Assembly (NCBI GenBank): GCA_963827275.1
Contig: CAWHAA010000006.1
Span: 8,961 to 72,960 of the forward strand
Length of the DNA stretch: 64,000 bases
DNA from: an uncultured Spirochaetota bacterium
Lineage (GTDB): Bacteria > Spirochaetota > UBA4802 > UBA5550
Reading direction: 5' to 3'
Both the position numbers and the translations under genes were made by a program. The notes under the pieces are model-generated. The model did no database searches and was not told where the DNA came from. It saw only the letters and a list, made by a program, of their open reading frames with translations. Positions 20,077 to 29,992 of the stretch are shown here, one piece after another (the stretch's first letter is position 1; each line of letters begins with the position of its first letter).

Positions 20077-20636
20077 CGCTTCTTCATTAAAAACATGAGC
20101 GGGAAGAGGACCGGGAAATTGAGTATGAAGAAAAACAGCTCAAAAACCGCGCTGCTCTTTTCCGCTTTCATGCCGCGCATCCTCGAGAGAAAGGCGTCAA
20201 AGGTGTTGCCCGAAAGGTTCCCGAAGAAGATCGCGCGGATGTAGAGGATGATGTCGCCGGCGGTCCTGTCGCCGTAACATTCAAACAGCCTGTCTGATAC
20301 GGCCCGGTCCGGCCTTCTCCCGGTTTCTGCATAGTTCTGCGCGTAGAGCAGCGCCGGGACTTCTCTGTCGGCCGCGGCCGCATGGAACTGCAGGTCGAGC
20401 ATCTCCCTGATCTCTTCCGCGCTCATCCCGGAGGAGAGCGCCTGCTTCGCGTGGAACCAGGCGCAGTACCGGCACCCGTTGACCGCGGTCACCACCAGCA
20501 TGATCTTTTCCGCGAAGGGACGGGAAATCTCCCTGTTCCTGAACGCCCGCCGGTACCCGCCGATGTTTTTCAGTATGAAGCAGACATCCTCGCGGTACTG
20601 GCGGAAGGTGTAGATGGTTTTCGGGTAATGTGTCAT
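20073..20636 (-). CDS. Carboxymuconolactone decarboxylase (AhpD-like) family protein with a C-terminal hydrophobic tail
   Basis: The CxxC motif sits in AhpD-like context (VTAVNGCRYCAWFHAK). I chose ATG 20636 as start. The ORF track extends to a TTG at 20735, so the start is uncertain. Confidence 0.65.
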   Translation of the reverse strand: MTHYPKTIYTFRQYREDVCFILKNIGGYRRAFRNREISRPFAEKIMLVVTAVNGCRYCAWFHAKQALSSGMSAEEIREMLDLQFHAAAADREVPALLYAQNYAETGRRPDRAVSDRLFECYGDRTAGDIILYIRAIFFGNLSGNTFDAFLSRMRGMKAEKSSAVFELFFFILNFPVLFPLMFLMKKR

Positions 20637-20772
20637 ATCGTATCGATGTCCAGGACACGTACCGGTATCAATCCATGAAGATGAGAGCGGGCCCCGGGCA
20701 GGGGTAACGTGCGCATGGCGGGGGTCATATGTCAAGGGGGATTTGCCGGCTTGGTGCGGCGGGCGTACGTGG

Positions 20773-22527
20773 CTACAGCCTGATCTTGGAATCCGATTCG
20801 AGCAGGCGGTTATACGCCTTGAGGATCTCGTGGCGGGTGATCATGCCGATTATTTTCCTCGACTCGCCCGAGTCCACCACGGGAATGTTTTCAATGTCGT
20901 AATTCTCGAGCTGCATGATGGCGGCCGATACGGTATCTTCAGCGGTCACGTAGGGCGCCGGAGACGATACGTCCATTGCCAGCATGAGATCGGCCATTTC
21001 ACTGTCGATCAGGGCCTGCTTCATGTCGCGCATGGAAATCAGCCCCTCCAGCCTGTTCTGCGAATCAACGACAAAGATATCATTGTAGTTCGAATCGATC
21101 AGGCGGGGGATGAGCTCCCTGAACGGCATGGTATTCGGTACCGCGTCGAAATCATTCATCTTTAAATCCGCCACCTTTATCCGGGACAGGAGGTAGTGTT
21201 CGGCGTACTTTGAAACATTGATCCCTTCTTCCTTCAATTCCATCATGTATACCGATGACCTGTTCACGTACATGACCGACAGGTATGATATGACCGATAC
21301 GAGCATCAGCGGCGGGACGATGCGGTAGTCATTCGTGAGCTCCATCACGAGCATTATCGAGGTCAGCGGGATCGAATTCATGCCCGCAAGCACGCCCCCC
21401 ATGCTCGCCAGCGCGAAGACGACCGGATCGGTTTCGAGGTTGAATATCTGGTTCGCCGCGGCAGAGAACAACAGGCCGGTGAACGCGCCGATACTGAGGG
21501 CGGGGGCGAATATGCCGCCGTAGGCCCCCGCCCGCAGAAAGAGCGCCACGAAAAGGACCTTGAGCGCCAGAAGGACGGCGAGTGTCGCCGCGGTAAACTG
21601 GCCGTTGATGGCCCTGTTTATCGTGTTGTATCCGAGCCCGAAGAGTTCACTGAAGTAAAGAAGAACTATGCCGAACACGACGCAGAGCGGCAGCAGCTTC
21701 AGAAACGGGTTCCGCACTTTGAGCTTTTTTTCAATGAGGTAGCGGCCGGCCCGCGAGAGGGAGAAATAGACCAGGGAAACAAGGCCGCATGCGATCCCCA
21801 GCACGATGAACAGCGGGTAGTCGGCGAGGACCGGTTGTACATATTTCGGGATGGTGAAGATGCCGGCGCCGCCGAGGATCGCCCGGGAAACAAGGTTGGC
21901 GACGACGGACGCGATGATGAAGGCGCCGAGCAGCCTGTTCCGCATGTCATTGAGCAGAATCACTTCGATGCCGAAAAAAACCCCCGCGATGGGCGCGTTG
22001 AACGTCGCGGCAATGGCCGCGCCGGCGCCTGCGGCGGTGTACATCTTCATGTCGTTCGGGGAGAGCCTGAAGGCCTGGCTCATAAGCGACCCGATGCCGC
22101 TGCCGATCTTAGCCGCCGGGCCTTCCGGCCCCAGGGGAATGCCGGTGCCGATGGAGAGTATCGGCGCGGCCAGGTGGAACAGCGTCTCCTTCAGGGGGAT
22201 AAAGCCGTTCTTGATGAGGATTGATTTTATGACGCTGGTAACGCCTTTTTTTGAGGCGATGCCGGGAAAGGCCATGGTCAGGGACGCGGTCACGATGCCG
22301 CCGGCCACCGGCACGAGCACGATGAAGCGTCCGTCAATGGGAAGCAGCCGTGATATGGTGCCCGGCTCGAACAGCATTCTCATTTCATCGAGCATGACAT
22401 GGAACAGGACGGAGCCGAGGCCCGAGAAAATGCCGACGATCATGGAAAGGAGCACGTACGTCGCATACCGGTATATCTCGGACCGGTATCGCAGTGCATT
22501 GAAGGCCTTCAGGATTTTATTGTTCAT
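20773..22527 (-). CDS. ClC-type voltage-gated chloride channel with C-terminal CBS pair
   Basis: About 584 aa from ATG 22527. ClC motifs GIPLGPEGP, GAGAAIAATFNAPIAGVFFGIEV and GIFAPAL are present. The C-terminal CBS-like region has IFVVDSQNRLEGLISMRD and IPVVDSG..IIGMITRHE. Confidence 0.9.
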   Translation of the reverse strand: MNNKILKAFNALRYRSEIYRYATYVLLSMIVGIFSGLGSVLFHVMLDEMRMLFEPGTISRLLPIDGRFIVLVPVAGGIVTASLTMAFPGIASKKGVTSVIKSILIKNGFIPLKETLFHLAAPILSIGTGIPLGPEGPAAKIGSGIGSLMSQAFRLSPNDMKMYTAAGAGAAIAATFNAPIAGVFFGIEVILLNDMRNRLLGAFIIASVVANLVSRAILGGAGIFTIPKYVQPVLADYPLFIVLGIACGLVSLVYFSLSRAGRYLIEKKLKVRNPFLKLLPLCVVFGIVLLYFSELFGLGYNTINRAINGQFTAATLAVLLALKVLFVALFLRAGAYGGIFAPALSIGAFTGLLFSAAANQIFNLETDPVVFALASMGGVLAGMNSIPLTSIMLVMELTNDYRIVPPLMLVSVISYLSVMYVNRSSVYMMELKEEGINVSKYAEHYLLSRIKVADLKMNDFDAVPNTMPFRELIPRLIDSNYNDIFVVDSQNRLEGLISMRDMKQALIDSEMADLMLAMDVSSPAPYVTAEDTVSAAIMQLENYDIENIPVVDSGESRKIIGMITRHEILKAYNRLLESDSKIRL

Positions 22528-22613
22528 GGGGCATTTTCCAAAAGAAGACCAGCGATGATGACGGAAATCAGATATAAAAATCAAGGAAAATTTTGGCGAT
22601 GTCCGGCGAATTA

Positions 22614-24263
22614 TTATTCCTGTTCGGTCAGCTGGAATATGTAATACCCGTAAGCGTTCGGAGTGAGCAGATAGGGCAGTTCGCCTATGGCGGGAAATAT
22701 CGTTCCCCCGATGATGTCGACCGGAATACAGTTATGCAGAAACCGCAGGTCGATCTCCACCGGCTGTGCCGAGGAGGCAAGGTTGAAGACGCAGAGGACC
22801 TTCATGTCATCACGCCTGATCAGATAGACCAGTATTTTCTTGTTGTCCGGATAGATAAATTCGATGGTACCGGTGCCGAAAACCGAAAAGGTTTTACGGA
22901 TATGGATGAAATTCTTGAGCCAGTTGAATAATGAATTCTTGTTGTTTATTTCCTCCTCTACGTTCACCGAGTTGTAATTGTACACCGGGTCGGTGATGAC
23001 CGGGGCGTAAAGGCGGGACGGCTGCGCGTCCGAGAACCCGGCGTTCTTGTTGTCGTTCCACTGCATCGGCGTCCTGACGCCGTTCCGGTCGCCGAGATAG
23101 ATGTTGTCGCCCATGCCGATTTCGTCGCCGTAGTAGATGACCGGCGTGCCGGGCAGGGTCAGGAGGACCGCGTACAGCATCTCCACCTTCCTCCGGTCGT
23201 TGTCCAGGAGCGGGGCGAGGCGCCTCCGTATACCCTTGTTGATCCGCATCTGCCTGTCTTCGGCGTAGGCGCTGAACATGTAGTCACGCTCCTCGTCGGT
23301 GACCATTTCCAGCGTCATCTCATCGTGGTTCCTGAGGAACATCGCCCACTGGCATGTCCCCGGTATTTCCGGGAGCCGCTTCATGATGTCGACGATCGGG
23401 CCGTGGTGCTCCTGCCTGAGGGCCATGAAGAGCCGGGGCATGAGCGGGAAATTGAACGCCACGTGGAATTCGTCGCCGCTGCCGAAATATTCCACAAGGT
23501 CTTCCGGCCACTGGTTTGCCTCCGCGAGGAGGATGGCGTCCGGATAGTCCCTGTCTATCATGCTTCGTATCTCCCGGATGAACGCGTGCGTCTCGGGCAG
23601 GTTTTCGCATCTCGTGTTTTCGCGTTCGTAAAGGTACGGCACGGCGTCGACGCGGAACCCGTCCAGCCCCATGTCGAGCCAGAACCGGATAACCCGCGTC
23701 ATCTCATCGCGCACGGCCGGGTTCTCGTAATTGAGGTCCGGCTGATGATGGAAAAAACGGTGCCAGAAATAAAGACCGTTTTCCCTGCAGTATGACCAGT
23801 TGGAGGTTTCGAGATCGGAAAATATCACCGGCGCATCCCCGTATTTGTCCGGGGTCTCGGACCAGACGTAATAATCAAAATAGGGTGAGCCGGGCCCCCG
23901 CATGGCGCTCTGAAACCACTGGTGCTGGTCGGAGGTATGGTTGAGCACCAGTTCGCCGATCACTTTCAGGTTTCTGTCATGCGCCTCGCGCAGGAAAATG
24001 CGGAAATCGTCAAGTGTGCCGAAATCGGGGTTGATCCCGTAATAGTCCATGATGTCATAGCCGTCGTCCTTTCCCGGCGAGGGATACATCGGCATCAGCC
24101 AGATGCAGTCAATTCCCAGGTCCACCAGGTGGTCGAGGCGCGCTATCAGGCCGCGGAAATCGCCCTTTCCGTCCCTGTTGGAATCCTGAAAGCCCCGGAC
24201 GTACAGCTCGTATATGACGGCGTTCTTGTACCAGGGCGTAACGTTCGGAGGGGACTGTCCCAT
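22614..24263 (-). CDS. treS: Trehalose synthase / maltose alpha-D-glucosyltransferase (GH13, TreS type, no maltokinase domain)
   Basis: 549 aa. WYKNAVIYELYVRGFQDSNRDGKGDFRGL..IWLMPMYPSPGKDDGYDI, GFRVDAV and FLRNHDE are GH13/TreS signatures. Confidence 0.85.
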   Translation of the reverse strand: MGQSPPNVTPWYKNAVIYELYVRGFQDSNRDGKGDFRGLIARLDHLVDLGIDCIWLMPMYPSPGKDDGYDIMDYYGINPDFGTLDDFRIFLREAHDRNLKVIGELVLNHTSDQHQWFQSAMRGPGSPYFDYYVWSETPDKYGDAPVIFSDLETSNWSYCRENGLYFWHRFFHHQPDLNYENPAVRDEMTRVIRFWLDMGLDGFRVDAVPYLYERENTRCENLPETHAFIREIRSMIDRDYPDAILLAEANQWPEDLVEYFGSGDEFHVAFNFPLMPRLFMALRQEHHGPIVDIMKRLPEIPGTCQWAMFLRNHDEMTLEMVTDEERDYMFSAYAEDRQMRINKGIRRRLAPLLDNDRRKVEMLYAVLLTLPGTPVIYYGDEIGMGDNIYLGDRNGVRTPMQWNDNKNAGFSDAQPSRLYAPVITDPVYNYNSVNVEEEINNKNSLFNWLKNFIHIRKTFSVFGTGTIEFIYPDNKKILVYLIRRDDMKVLCVFNLASSAQPVEIDLRFLHNCIPVDIIGGTIFPAIGELPYLLTPNAYGYYIFQLTEQE

Positions 24264-24266
24264 GGC

Positions 24267-26456
24267 TCAAGCCCCTCCGAACTGCCTGAGCAGCTGACGC
24301 ACCGCGCGTATGCCGCTCACCTCGTATTGCGCTTTTGACGGGCCGTAGCCGACCTTGATGGAGTATGCCGTTTCGGGGACCGCCGCGAAAAGGTCTTCAT
24401 CCGTGACATCGTCGCCGACGGTGAGAACGAAATCATACTGCTTTGCCGACAGGAGAAAAGAGGCTATTTTACCCTTGTTGATCTCGAGGCTTTTTATCTC
24501 AAGGACCTTGTTCCCTTCCATGATGCCCAGGTTGTGGTTGGCGATCATGTGCAGAAGATTTCCCTTTAATTCCATGGCGCGCATGGATGCGAAGTCGCTG
24601 TCGGAGCGCCGGTAATGCCAGGCCAGTGAGAATTCCTTTTCCTCTATGAATGTGCCCGGCGTCCGGTCGCAGTAGGTCTCGAGGAGCGGCCGGATTTCGC
24701 TTTTCCAGCCGGTGTCGAGACTGCTGACTGCTTTCCATTCGCCTCCCCGGAGCCTGATCCAGGCCCCGTGCTCCGCGACGAGCGTCAGGGGCAGGGCGGA
24801 AAAATGTTTTTCCAGGAACTCGAGGTTGCGGCCGCTGATCAGGGCGATATCATTTTTCCCGTCAAGTGCCAGGTCCGAAAGAAGCCTGGTCAGCTCTGTG
24901 TCCGGAACGGCCATGTCCGGCCTGTCGACGAACGGCACGAGGGTGCCGTCGTAATCGATGAGCATCAGCCGTGACGTCCCGGTGCGGTAGCGTTCCAACA
25001 ATGTGGCCGCAGACTCGCCCGTCAGGCTCTTGGCCGCATAGACCTCGTCAATCCTGCTGGCGCTTGAAAGCTTTTCTATGAATGAGGCCGACCAGTGGAG
25101 CACGTCGTTTCGTTGCACCCTCCGCTGCATGATCGAAATGCGCCGGCGCTGCTCCTCGCCGGGCATGGAGAGGGCCGCAGCGATGGCATCGGCCACCTCT
25201 TCGCGATTGTTCGGATTGACGATCAGCGCCTCGCCCAGCTCTTCGGAGACGCCGGCCATCTCGCTCAGGACCAGGACGCCGTCGTTGTTTACGCGGGCGG
25301 CGACATACTCCTTGGCGACGAGGTTCATGCCGTCGCGCAGGGGGGTCACCAGGCATACGTCGGCGCAGTGATACAGCGTCATGATCATCTCGAAGGGCAG
25401 GGAGCGGTAGAGGTACTGGATCGGCGACCAGCTGAGGGTGTTATATTTGCCGTTGATCCTGCCGACCTGCTCGTTGATGCGTTTCCTCAGCTTGATGTAG
25501 GTTTCAACCTGGGTCCTGGAGGGAACGGTTACGAGGACCATCTGGACTTTGCCGTGGAATTCGGGGTATTTTTTCAGAAAGCGCTCGAAGGAGTTGAGCC
25601 GCTCGATAATCCCCTTGGTGAAATCGAGGCGGTCCATGGAGAGGATCAGCTTCATGCCTGCACTGTTTTTCCTGAAGCTGTCAATCTCCCTGGCGATTTT
25701 TTTGTTCCCCATGTACACCGAGTATCGCTGATAGTCGATCCCCATAGGAAAGGTCTCGCATTTCACCGCCCGGTTTTCTATGGTCATCTGGCCCATCGTG
25801 TGCTCGATGCCGATGATCCTCTGGACGCTGCTTAAAAAGTGCCTGGCGTAGCCGAAGGTGTGAAACCCTATCAGATCGCTTCCCATGAGGCCGGTCAGGA
25901 CCTCTTTGCGCCACGGCAGCAGCCTGAACATCTCGTATGAGGGGAAGGGAATATGGAGAAAGAACCCGATCTTCGCGTCAGGCATGTTCTGGCGGATCAA
26001 TCCGGGAAGCAGCATGAGGTGGTAATCGTGAACCCATATCAGGTCGCCCGGGCGGTATATTTCAGCCAGGGTGTCGTAAAACTTCTGATTGACCGCCGCA
26101 TACGACTGCCAGGTTTCTTCGTTGAAGCTGGTAAAAAAAGGGAAATAGTGAAACAGGGGCCAGATTGTATTGTTTGAAAAGCCATTGTAGTACAGCTCAT
26201 AGTCCCGGTCAGTAATGATAACGGGATATGCATTATGCTTTTTAATGAGCGTATTGTTGATGTTCTGGAATTCTTCCGGTTCGATGCCTTCAGGGGTGAT
26301 CCCGCTGAAACCGATCCATATGCAGTCGTAGGTGGCGGATACTGACGTCATGCCGGTGGCAAGGCCGCCGACGCTCGGGGTGATGGACACGCCGCCGCTT
26401 TTTTTCTTTTCAACCGTTACCGGAAGACGGTTGGCTACTAATATGAGCTTTGGCAT
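24267..26456 (-). CDS. Fused trehalose-6-phosphate synthase / trehalose-6-phosphate phosphatase (OtsA-OtsB)
   Basis: 729 aa. The N-terminal GT20 domain has LILVANRLP, IWVHDYHLMLLP and LRDGMNLVAKEY. The C-terminal HAD phosphatase domain has LMLIDYDGTLVP and VGDDVTDEDLF. Confidence 0.9.
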   Translation of the reverse strand: MPKLILVANRLPVTVEKKKSGGVSITPSVGGLATGMTSVSATYDCIWIGFSGITPEGIEPEEFQNINNTLIKKHNAYPVIITDRDYELYYNGFSNNTIWPLFHYFPFFTSFNEETWQSYAAVNQKFYDTLAEIYRPGDLIWVHDYHLMLLPGLIRQNMPDAKIGFFLHIPFPSYEMFRLLPWRKEVLTGLMGSDLIGFHTFGYARHFLSSVQRIIGIEHTMGQMTIENRAVKCETFPMGIDYQRYSVYMGNKKIAREIDSFRKNSAGMKLILSMDRLDFTKGIIERLNSFERFLKKYPEFHGKVQMVLVTVPSRTQVETYIKLRKRINEQVGRINGKYNTLSWSPIQYLYRSLPFEMIMTLYHCADVCLVTPLRDGMNLVAKEYVAARVNNDGVLVLSEMAGVSEELGEALIVNPNNREEVADAIAAALSMPGEEQRRRISIMQRRVQRNDVLHWSASFIEKLSSASRIDEVYAAKSLTGESAATLLERYRTGTSRLMLIDYDGTLVPFVDRPDMAVPDTELTRLLSDLALDGKNDIALISGRNLEFLEKHFSALPLTLVAEHGAWIRLRGGEWKAVSSLDTGWKSEIRPLLETYCDRTPGTFIEEKEFSLAWHYRRSDSDFASMRAMELKGNLLHMIANHNLGIMEGNKVLEIKSLEINKGKIASFLLSAKQYDFVLTVGDDVTDEDLFAAVPETAYSIKVGYGPSKAQYEVSGIRAVRQLLRQFGGA

Positions 26457-26514
26457 AATGTATTATACTCGTTTAATGATCTATATTTATAGATAATGAA
26501 ATCTATTATCTTTT

Positions 26515-27942
26515 TCAAAAAAATAATATCGTCAGAACGTAAAACACGGGGATCAGTATGGGAATGGTATATTTTAACAGGAAGCCGAAAAAGCTCGGCA
26601 TGGGCACCCCCTGTTCTTCCGCGACCGACTTTACCATGAAATTAGGGGCGTTGCCGATGTAGGTGTTCGCCCCCATGAACACGGCGCCGCAGCTGATCGC
26701 CACCAGCGTGTCGGAGTACCTGGTCATGAGGTCCGCGGCGTTTCCACCGGCCGTTTCAAAGAAGATGACGTAGGTAGGGGCATTGTCCAGGAAGCTGGAA
26801 AGAAGACCGGTGGCCCAGAAAAAATGGGAGTTGATGAAGTTGCCGTTTCCGTCAGCCACGGATCGTATGACCGCGCCCAGCGGGCCGTCGGCGCCGGCTT
26901 TCAGCATGGCGATCGGCGCCACGATGGTGATGAAGATTGCGGCGAAGAGCTTTGCCACCTCCCGGATCGGCTCCCAGGTGAACTCATTGCCGTCGCGCAC
27001 TTCCTTGCCGGTGATTTTCATGGAGAGAAGGGTTATGGCCAGGAGCAATGCGACCTGGAGGAGCGACGCCAGCGGCATCGTGACATGGTGCAGGGTAAAC
27101 GCGGCGCCCAGGCCCGCGCTTGAAAGGAGGACGGCGCCGACAACCCCGGCCAGGAGGATGAAATTGGCCTTGCCTTCAATGGTTATCTTCGCACCGCCCT
27201 TTTCCACGGCCGGCTTTACGGGCTCCCGCCTGTAATAGATGCTGTCCATGATAAAAAATATCCCGATCAGCAGGGCGACGGCGACGAGCATCTCCCTGAT
27301 GAGAAATTTCGTTGTCCAGAAGAAGCTCACTCCCCTGAGGAAGCCCAGGAAGAGGGGAGGGTCGCCCAGCGGGGTCAGCGCGCCCCCGATATTCGCGACC
27401 AGGAAGATAAAAAAGACGACCACGTGCGTTTTACGGGACCGCCAGGCGTTCGCCCGGATGAGGGGCCGTATGAGGAGCATGGCCGCGCCCGTGGTCCCCA
27501 TCCAGCTCGCGAGGGCGGTCCCGGTCAGCAGGATCGCGGTGTTTACGCCGGGGGTCCCAACCAGCGAACCCCTGACGTGTATGCCGCCCGAAACGGTGTA
27601 GAGGGCGAGCAGCAGCGTGATAAAGGGCAGATATTCAAGCAGGGACACTTCAAGAAGATAATACGCGCTCACGCCGAAGCCATGGCGCACGGTAAGGAGC
27701 GTGATGAAGAGCAGGCCCCAGAACAGCGCAACCTTGCCGTAGTGATGGTGCCAGAAGCGCGGCGCGACAAGCGGGAAAATGGCAATGGATAAAAGGATGC
27801 CGGCGAACGGGAGCGCCCACGTGAATGACAGCTCCGTGCCGTCGATATGCGGCGCGCCTGACGCTCCGTGGCCCATGGCCGGGAGCATGACGGCCGCGGC
27901 CGCGAGAATGATCATGAACGCCGTGCGGCGATACCGTCTCAT
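26515..27942 (-). CDS. ArsB/NhaD-superfamily permease (usually annotated as sodium:proton antiporter)
   Basis: 475 aa, polytopic. The N-terminal region LPFAGILLSIAIFPLVAPRFWHHHYGKVALFW is remembered from this transporter family. Substrate unknown. Confidence 0.6.
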   Translation of the reverse strand: MRRYRRTAFMIILAAAAVMLPAMGHGASGAPHIDGTELSFTWALPFAGILLSIAIFPLVAPRFWHHHYGKVALFWGLLFITLLTVRHGFGVSAYYLLEVSLLEYLPFITLLLALYTVSGGIHVRGSLVGTPGVNTAILLTGTALASWMGTTGAAMLLIRPLIRANAWRSRKTHVVVFFIFLVANIGGALTPLGDPPLFLGFLRGVSFFWTTKFLIREMLVAVALLIGIFFIMDSIYYRREPVKPAVEKGGAKITIEGKANFILLAGVVGAVLLSSAGLGAAFTLHHVTMPLASLLQVALLLAITLLSMKITGKEVRDGNEFTWEPIREVAKLFAAIFITIVAPIAMLKAGADGPLGAVIRSVADGNGNFINSHFFWATGLLSSFLDNAPTYVIFFETAGGNAADLMTRYSDTLVAISCGAVFMGANTYIGNAPNFMVKSVAEEQGVPMPSFFGFLLKYTIPILIPVFYVLTILFF

Positions 27943-28578
27943 TTAATGTATCTTCCCCGTGGTGCGCAGTATCTCCGAAGCGGTGACCGTGTCCTCGGCC
28001 TGGCTTATTTTTCTGCGCAGCACCACTTCTATGTCCTTCATGTCGTGAATTTTTTCGAGATCTGGCAGTGCCGTGCCGTCCTGTCCCGCCATGAAGGCCA
28101 TCTCGGACAGGGCGCCGAGGGCCTCGGCGATCTTCCTGCTGGACGTCTCCACCGCTTTCGGCGGCTGCCGGTTCTTCATCTTCGTGTCGGCGATCCACCT
28201 CTGTATTTCCGAGTTGTGCGCCGTGATATGCTGTCCCAGTATTCCCGTAATTTTTTGAAGCGTCTCGAGCATGACCCTCTGTTTTTCGTGACGGAGATCG
28301 TTTTCCCGGGCCATGATAAGGGCCTGTTTCATTTTTTGCCACAGGTTGAATGTTATCAGTGTAAAAATAAAGTAGGCGATGATGATCGGGATCATGGGAT
28401 ATGAAAAGGCCGAACCGACAAAGTTATTTTCCAGGTTGAGATACAGGGGCTTCTTTATCAGGAAATAATCTATCAGCATGACAGATAAATGGACCCCGAT
28501 CCCGATGAAAACAATTACCACGATTGACTTCCCGAATTTTGTAAGGACATGGATTATTTCGCTGGAGCGTTCTTTCAT
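27943..28578 (-). CDS. Membrane protein (2 TM + helical C-terminal domain), unknown function
   Basis: 211 aa. The stop abuts the permease start. Two hydrophobic segments are followed by a charged helical region. Confidence 0.5.
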   Translation of the reverse strand: MKERSSEIIHVLTKFGKSIVVIVFIGIGVHLSVMLIDYFLIKKPLYLNLENNFVGSAFSYPMIPIIIAYFIFTLITFNLWQKMKQALIMARENDLRHEKQRVMLETLQKITGILGQHITAHNSEIQRWIADTKMKNRQPPKAVETSSRKIAEALGALSEMAFMAGQDGTALPDLEKIHDMKDIEVVLRRKISQAEDTVTASEILRTTGKIH

Positions 28579-28626
28579 GATGGGCGTCCTTTCAAATGTA
28601 ATAGTGACGTACCGGGCGGCGCTGGG

Positions 28627-29184
28627 CTACAGCACCAGCGGGGGCATGCCCGATACCAGTATTGAAGCTTCTTGACGCAAAGGATTAGTGATTTTACACG
28701 TGACATACGACTTGAAGTTGATGGAATCGCCTGTTTCGAGGATGAATGTCTCGTCATCGAGGACTGTTTCAACACGGCCCGACATGCCAAGGATGATCCT
28801 CTCGCTATTGGCCTCGTCATCAAGCCGGACCAGCTCGAGAATGGCACCGTGCCTGAGAACGACTATGAACGACTCGAGGGCATTGTTTTGCAATTTCGAC
28901 GCAAGCAGGGTGAACGTGATGCCATGATCGGCATTTTCAATGGTTTCGGCTTCCGACTTCCTGACAAAGATATACTTCTTCTGCTCCACCTGTTTGAAAA
29001 AATCTGAAAAATTGACTGCGTAAAACCGGAGCAGCTCCTCAAGGGACTGGAGGGAAGGGGTAATCTTGCCGTTTTCAATCTGGGAAAGAAGGCTGCTGGA
29101 GACATCGATGCGGTGTGCGACTTCTGTTATTGTGTAATTTCTGTCCAGCCTGATTTTTTTTAGAGATTTCCCTATATCCATCAT
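28627..29184 (-). CDS. XRE-family HTH + cupin-domain transcriptional regulator
   Basis: 185 aa. The HTH_3 region is LKKIRLDRNYTITEVAHRIDVSSSLLSQIENGKITPSLQSLEELL. The C-terminal part is a beta-rich cupin-like domain. Confidence 0.8.
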   Translation of the reverse strand: MMDIGKSLKKIRLDRNYTITEVAHRIDVSSSLLSQIENGKITPSLQSLEELLRFYAVNFSDFFKQVEQKKYIFVRKSEAETIENADHGITFTLLASKLQNNALESFIVVLRHGAILELVRLDDEANSERIILGMSGRVETVLDDETFILETGDSINFKSYVTCKITNPLRQEASILVSGMPPLVL

Positions 29185-29210
29185 CCTATTCCAGGTAGCG
29201 CAGAATTATG

Positions 29211-29369
29211 TTATACCACATCGGCCAGAGAAAACATGAACAGCATTAACAATACCACCACGATAACTAATAGTATGGCCGTTGCTATTTTGCCCCTGTC
29301 AATTACCAATTCATAATTTTTAAAGCTTTTCCTGAATTCGTACTTTGCCTTCTTTTCTTTTTCAGTCAT
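29211..29369 (-). CDS. Candidate 52-aa single-TM micro-protein (below the ORF-track cutoff)
   Basis: The minus strand reads MTEKEKKAKYEFRKSFKNYELVIDRGKIATAILLVIVVVLLMLFMFSLADVV*. A GGAG lies 6 nt upstream, and the ORF ends 26 nt upstream of the XRE-cupin start. Confidence 0.35.
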   Translation of the reverse strand: MTEKEKKAKYEFRKSFKNYELVIDRGKIATAILLVIVVVLLMLFMFSLADVV

Positions 29370-29774
29370 CGATCACTCCATTATTGCACATCGTTATAAT
29401 CAGATTAATACCAGCCATCGCGAGAATGATAAAGAAGATCCATTCATGGCGTAGCTTTTTGATATTATTGACAAAGTTTCGAAACGTCAATTAAAAATTC
29501 ATTTATAATGAAAAATAATTGACAAAAATTCATTTAAAATAAATTATAATCTATTGATATTTGAGCGAAGATTCAATAACCGAACAGCAGCCACCCGGCA
29601 ATATAAAAGCAAAATACTCCTTAAATATACATGCCCCTACTATATAAATTTAAATAGAAGGGGTTTATTTTTTTTTAGGCGCATCTGAACGTACAGGTAG
29701 TGGTGATTCCGGCGGGATAACGCACGCGTGTCTGGAAAGAAAAAAAGACAGGCCGCGTGCCTGTCTTTTTAATG

Positions 29775-29847
29775 GGTGGCTGACGGGGCTCGAACCCGCA
29801 ACGACTGGATCCACAATCCAGGGCTCTACCATTGAACTACAGCCACC
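29775..29847 (-). tRNA. tRNA-His(GTG): tRNA-His (anticodon GTG), with the His-specific extra 5' G(-1); CCA not fully encoded
   Basis: The reverse complement is GGTGGCTGTAGTTCAATGGTAGAGCCCTGGATTGTGGATCCAGTCGTTGCGGGTTCGAGCCCCGTCAGCCACC. It folds as a cloverleaf: acceptor GTGGCTG/CAGCCAC, anticodon stem CTGGA/TCCAG, loop TTGTGGA, T-arm GCGGG TTCGAGC CCCGT. Confidence 0.93.
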
Positions 29848-29963
29848 ATATCGAAAGGCCATTATTGTAACGCGGATTTCATTGTCAAGAGCAAATTATG
29901 ATATCAAACAGGCCATAAAACAGCGTTTTTTAGGTGTTTTGTACTAAATAGGGCAAATAACAC

Positions 29964-29992
29964 TTGACAGGAGCGGCCCGGGGAATTATATT
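29964..29992 (+). promoter_or_regulatory. Sigma70-type promoter of the first cold-shock gene (TTGACA-17-TATATT)
   Basis: TTGACA is at 29964-29969 and TATATT at 29987-29992, with 17-nt spacing. This implies a 5' leader of about 125 nt before ATG 30124. Confidence 0.55.

Noticed and set aside
29665-29862. 65-aa minus-strand ORF
   Set aside because: It is fully explained by the tRNA-His gene it overlaps.
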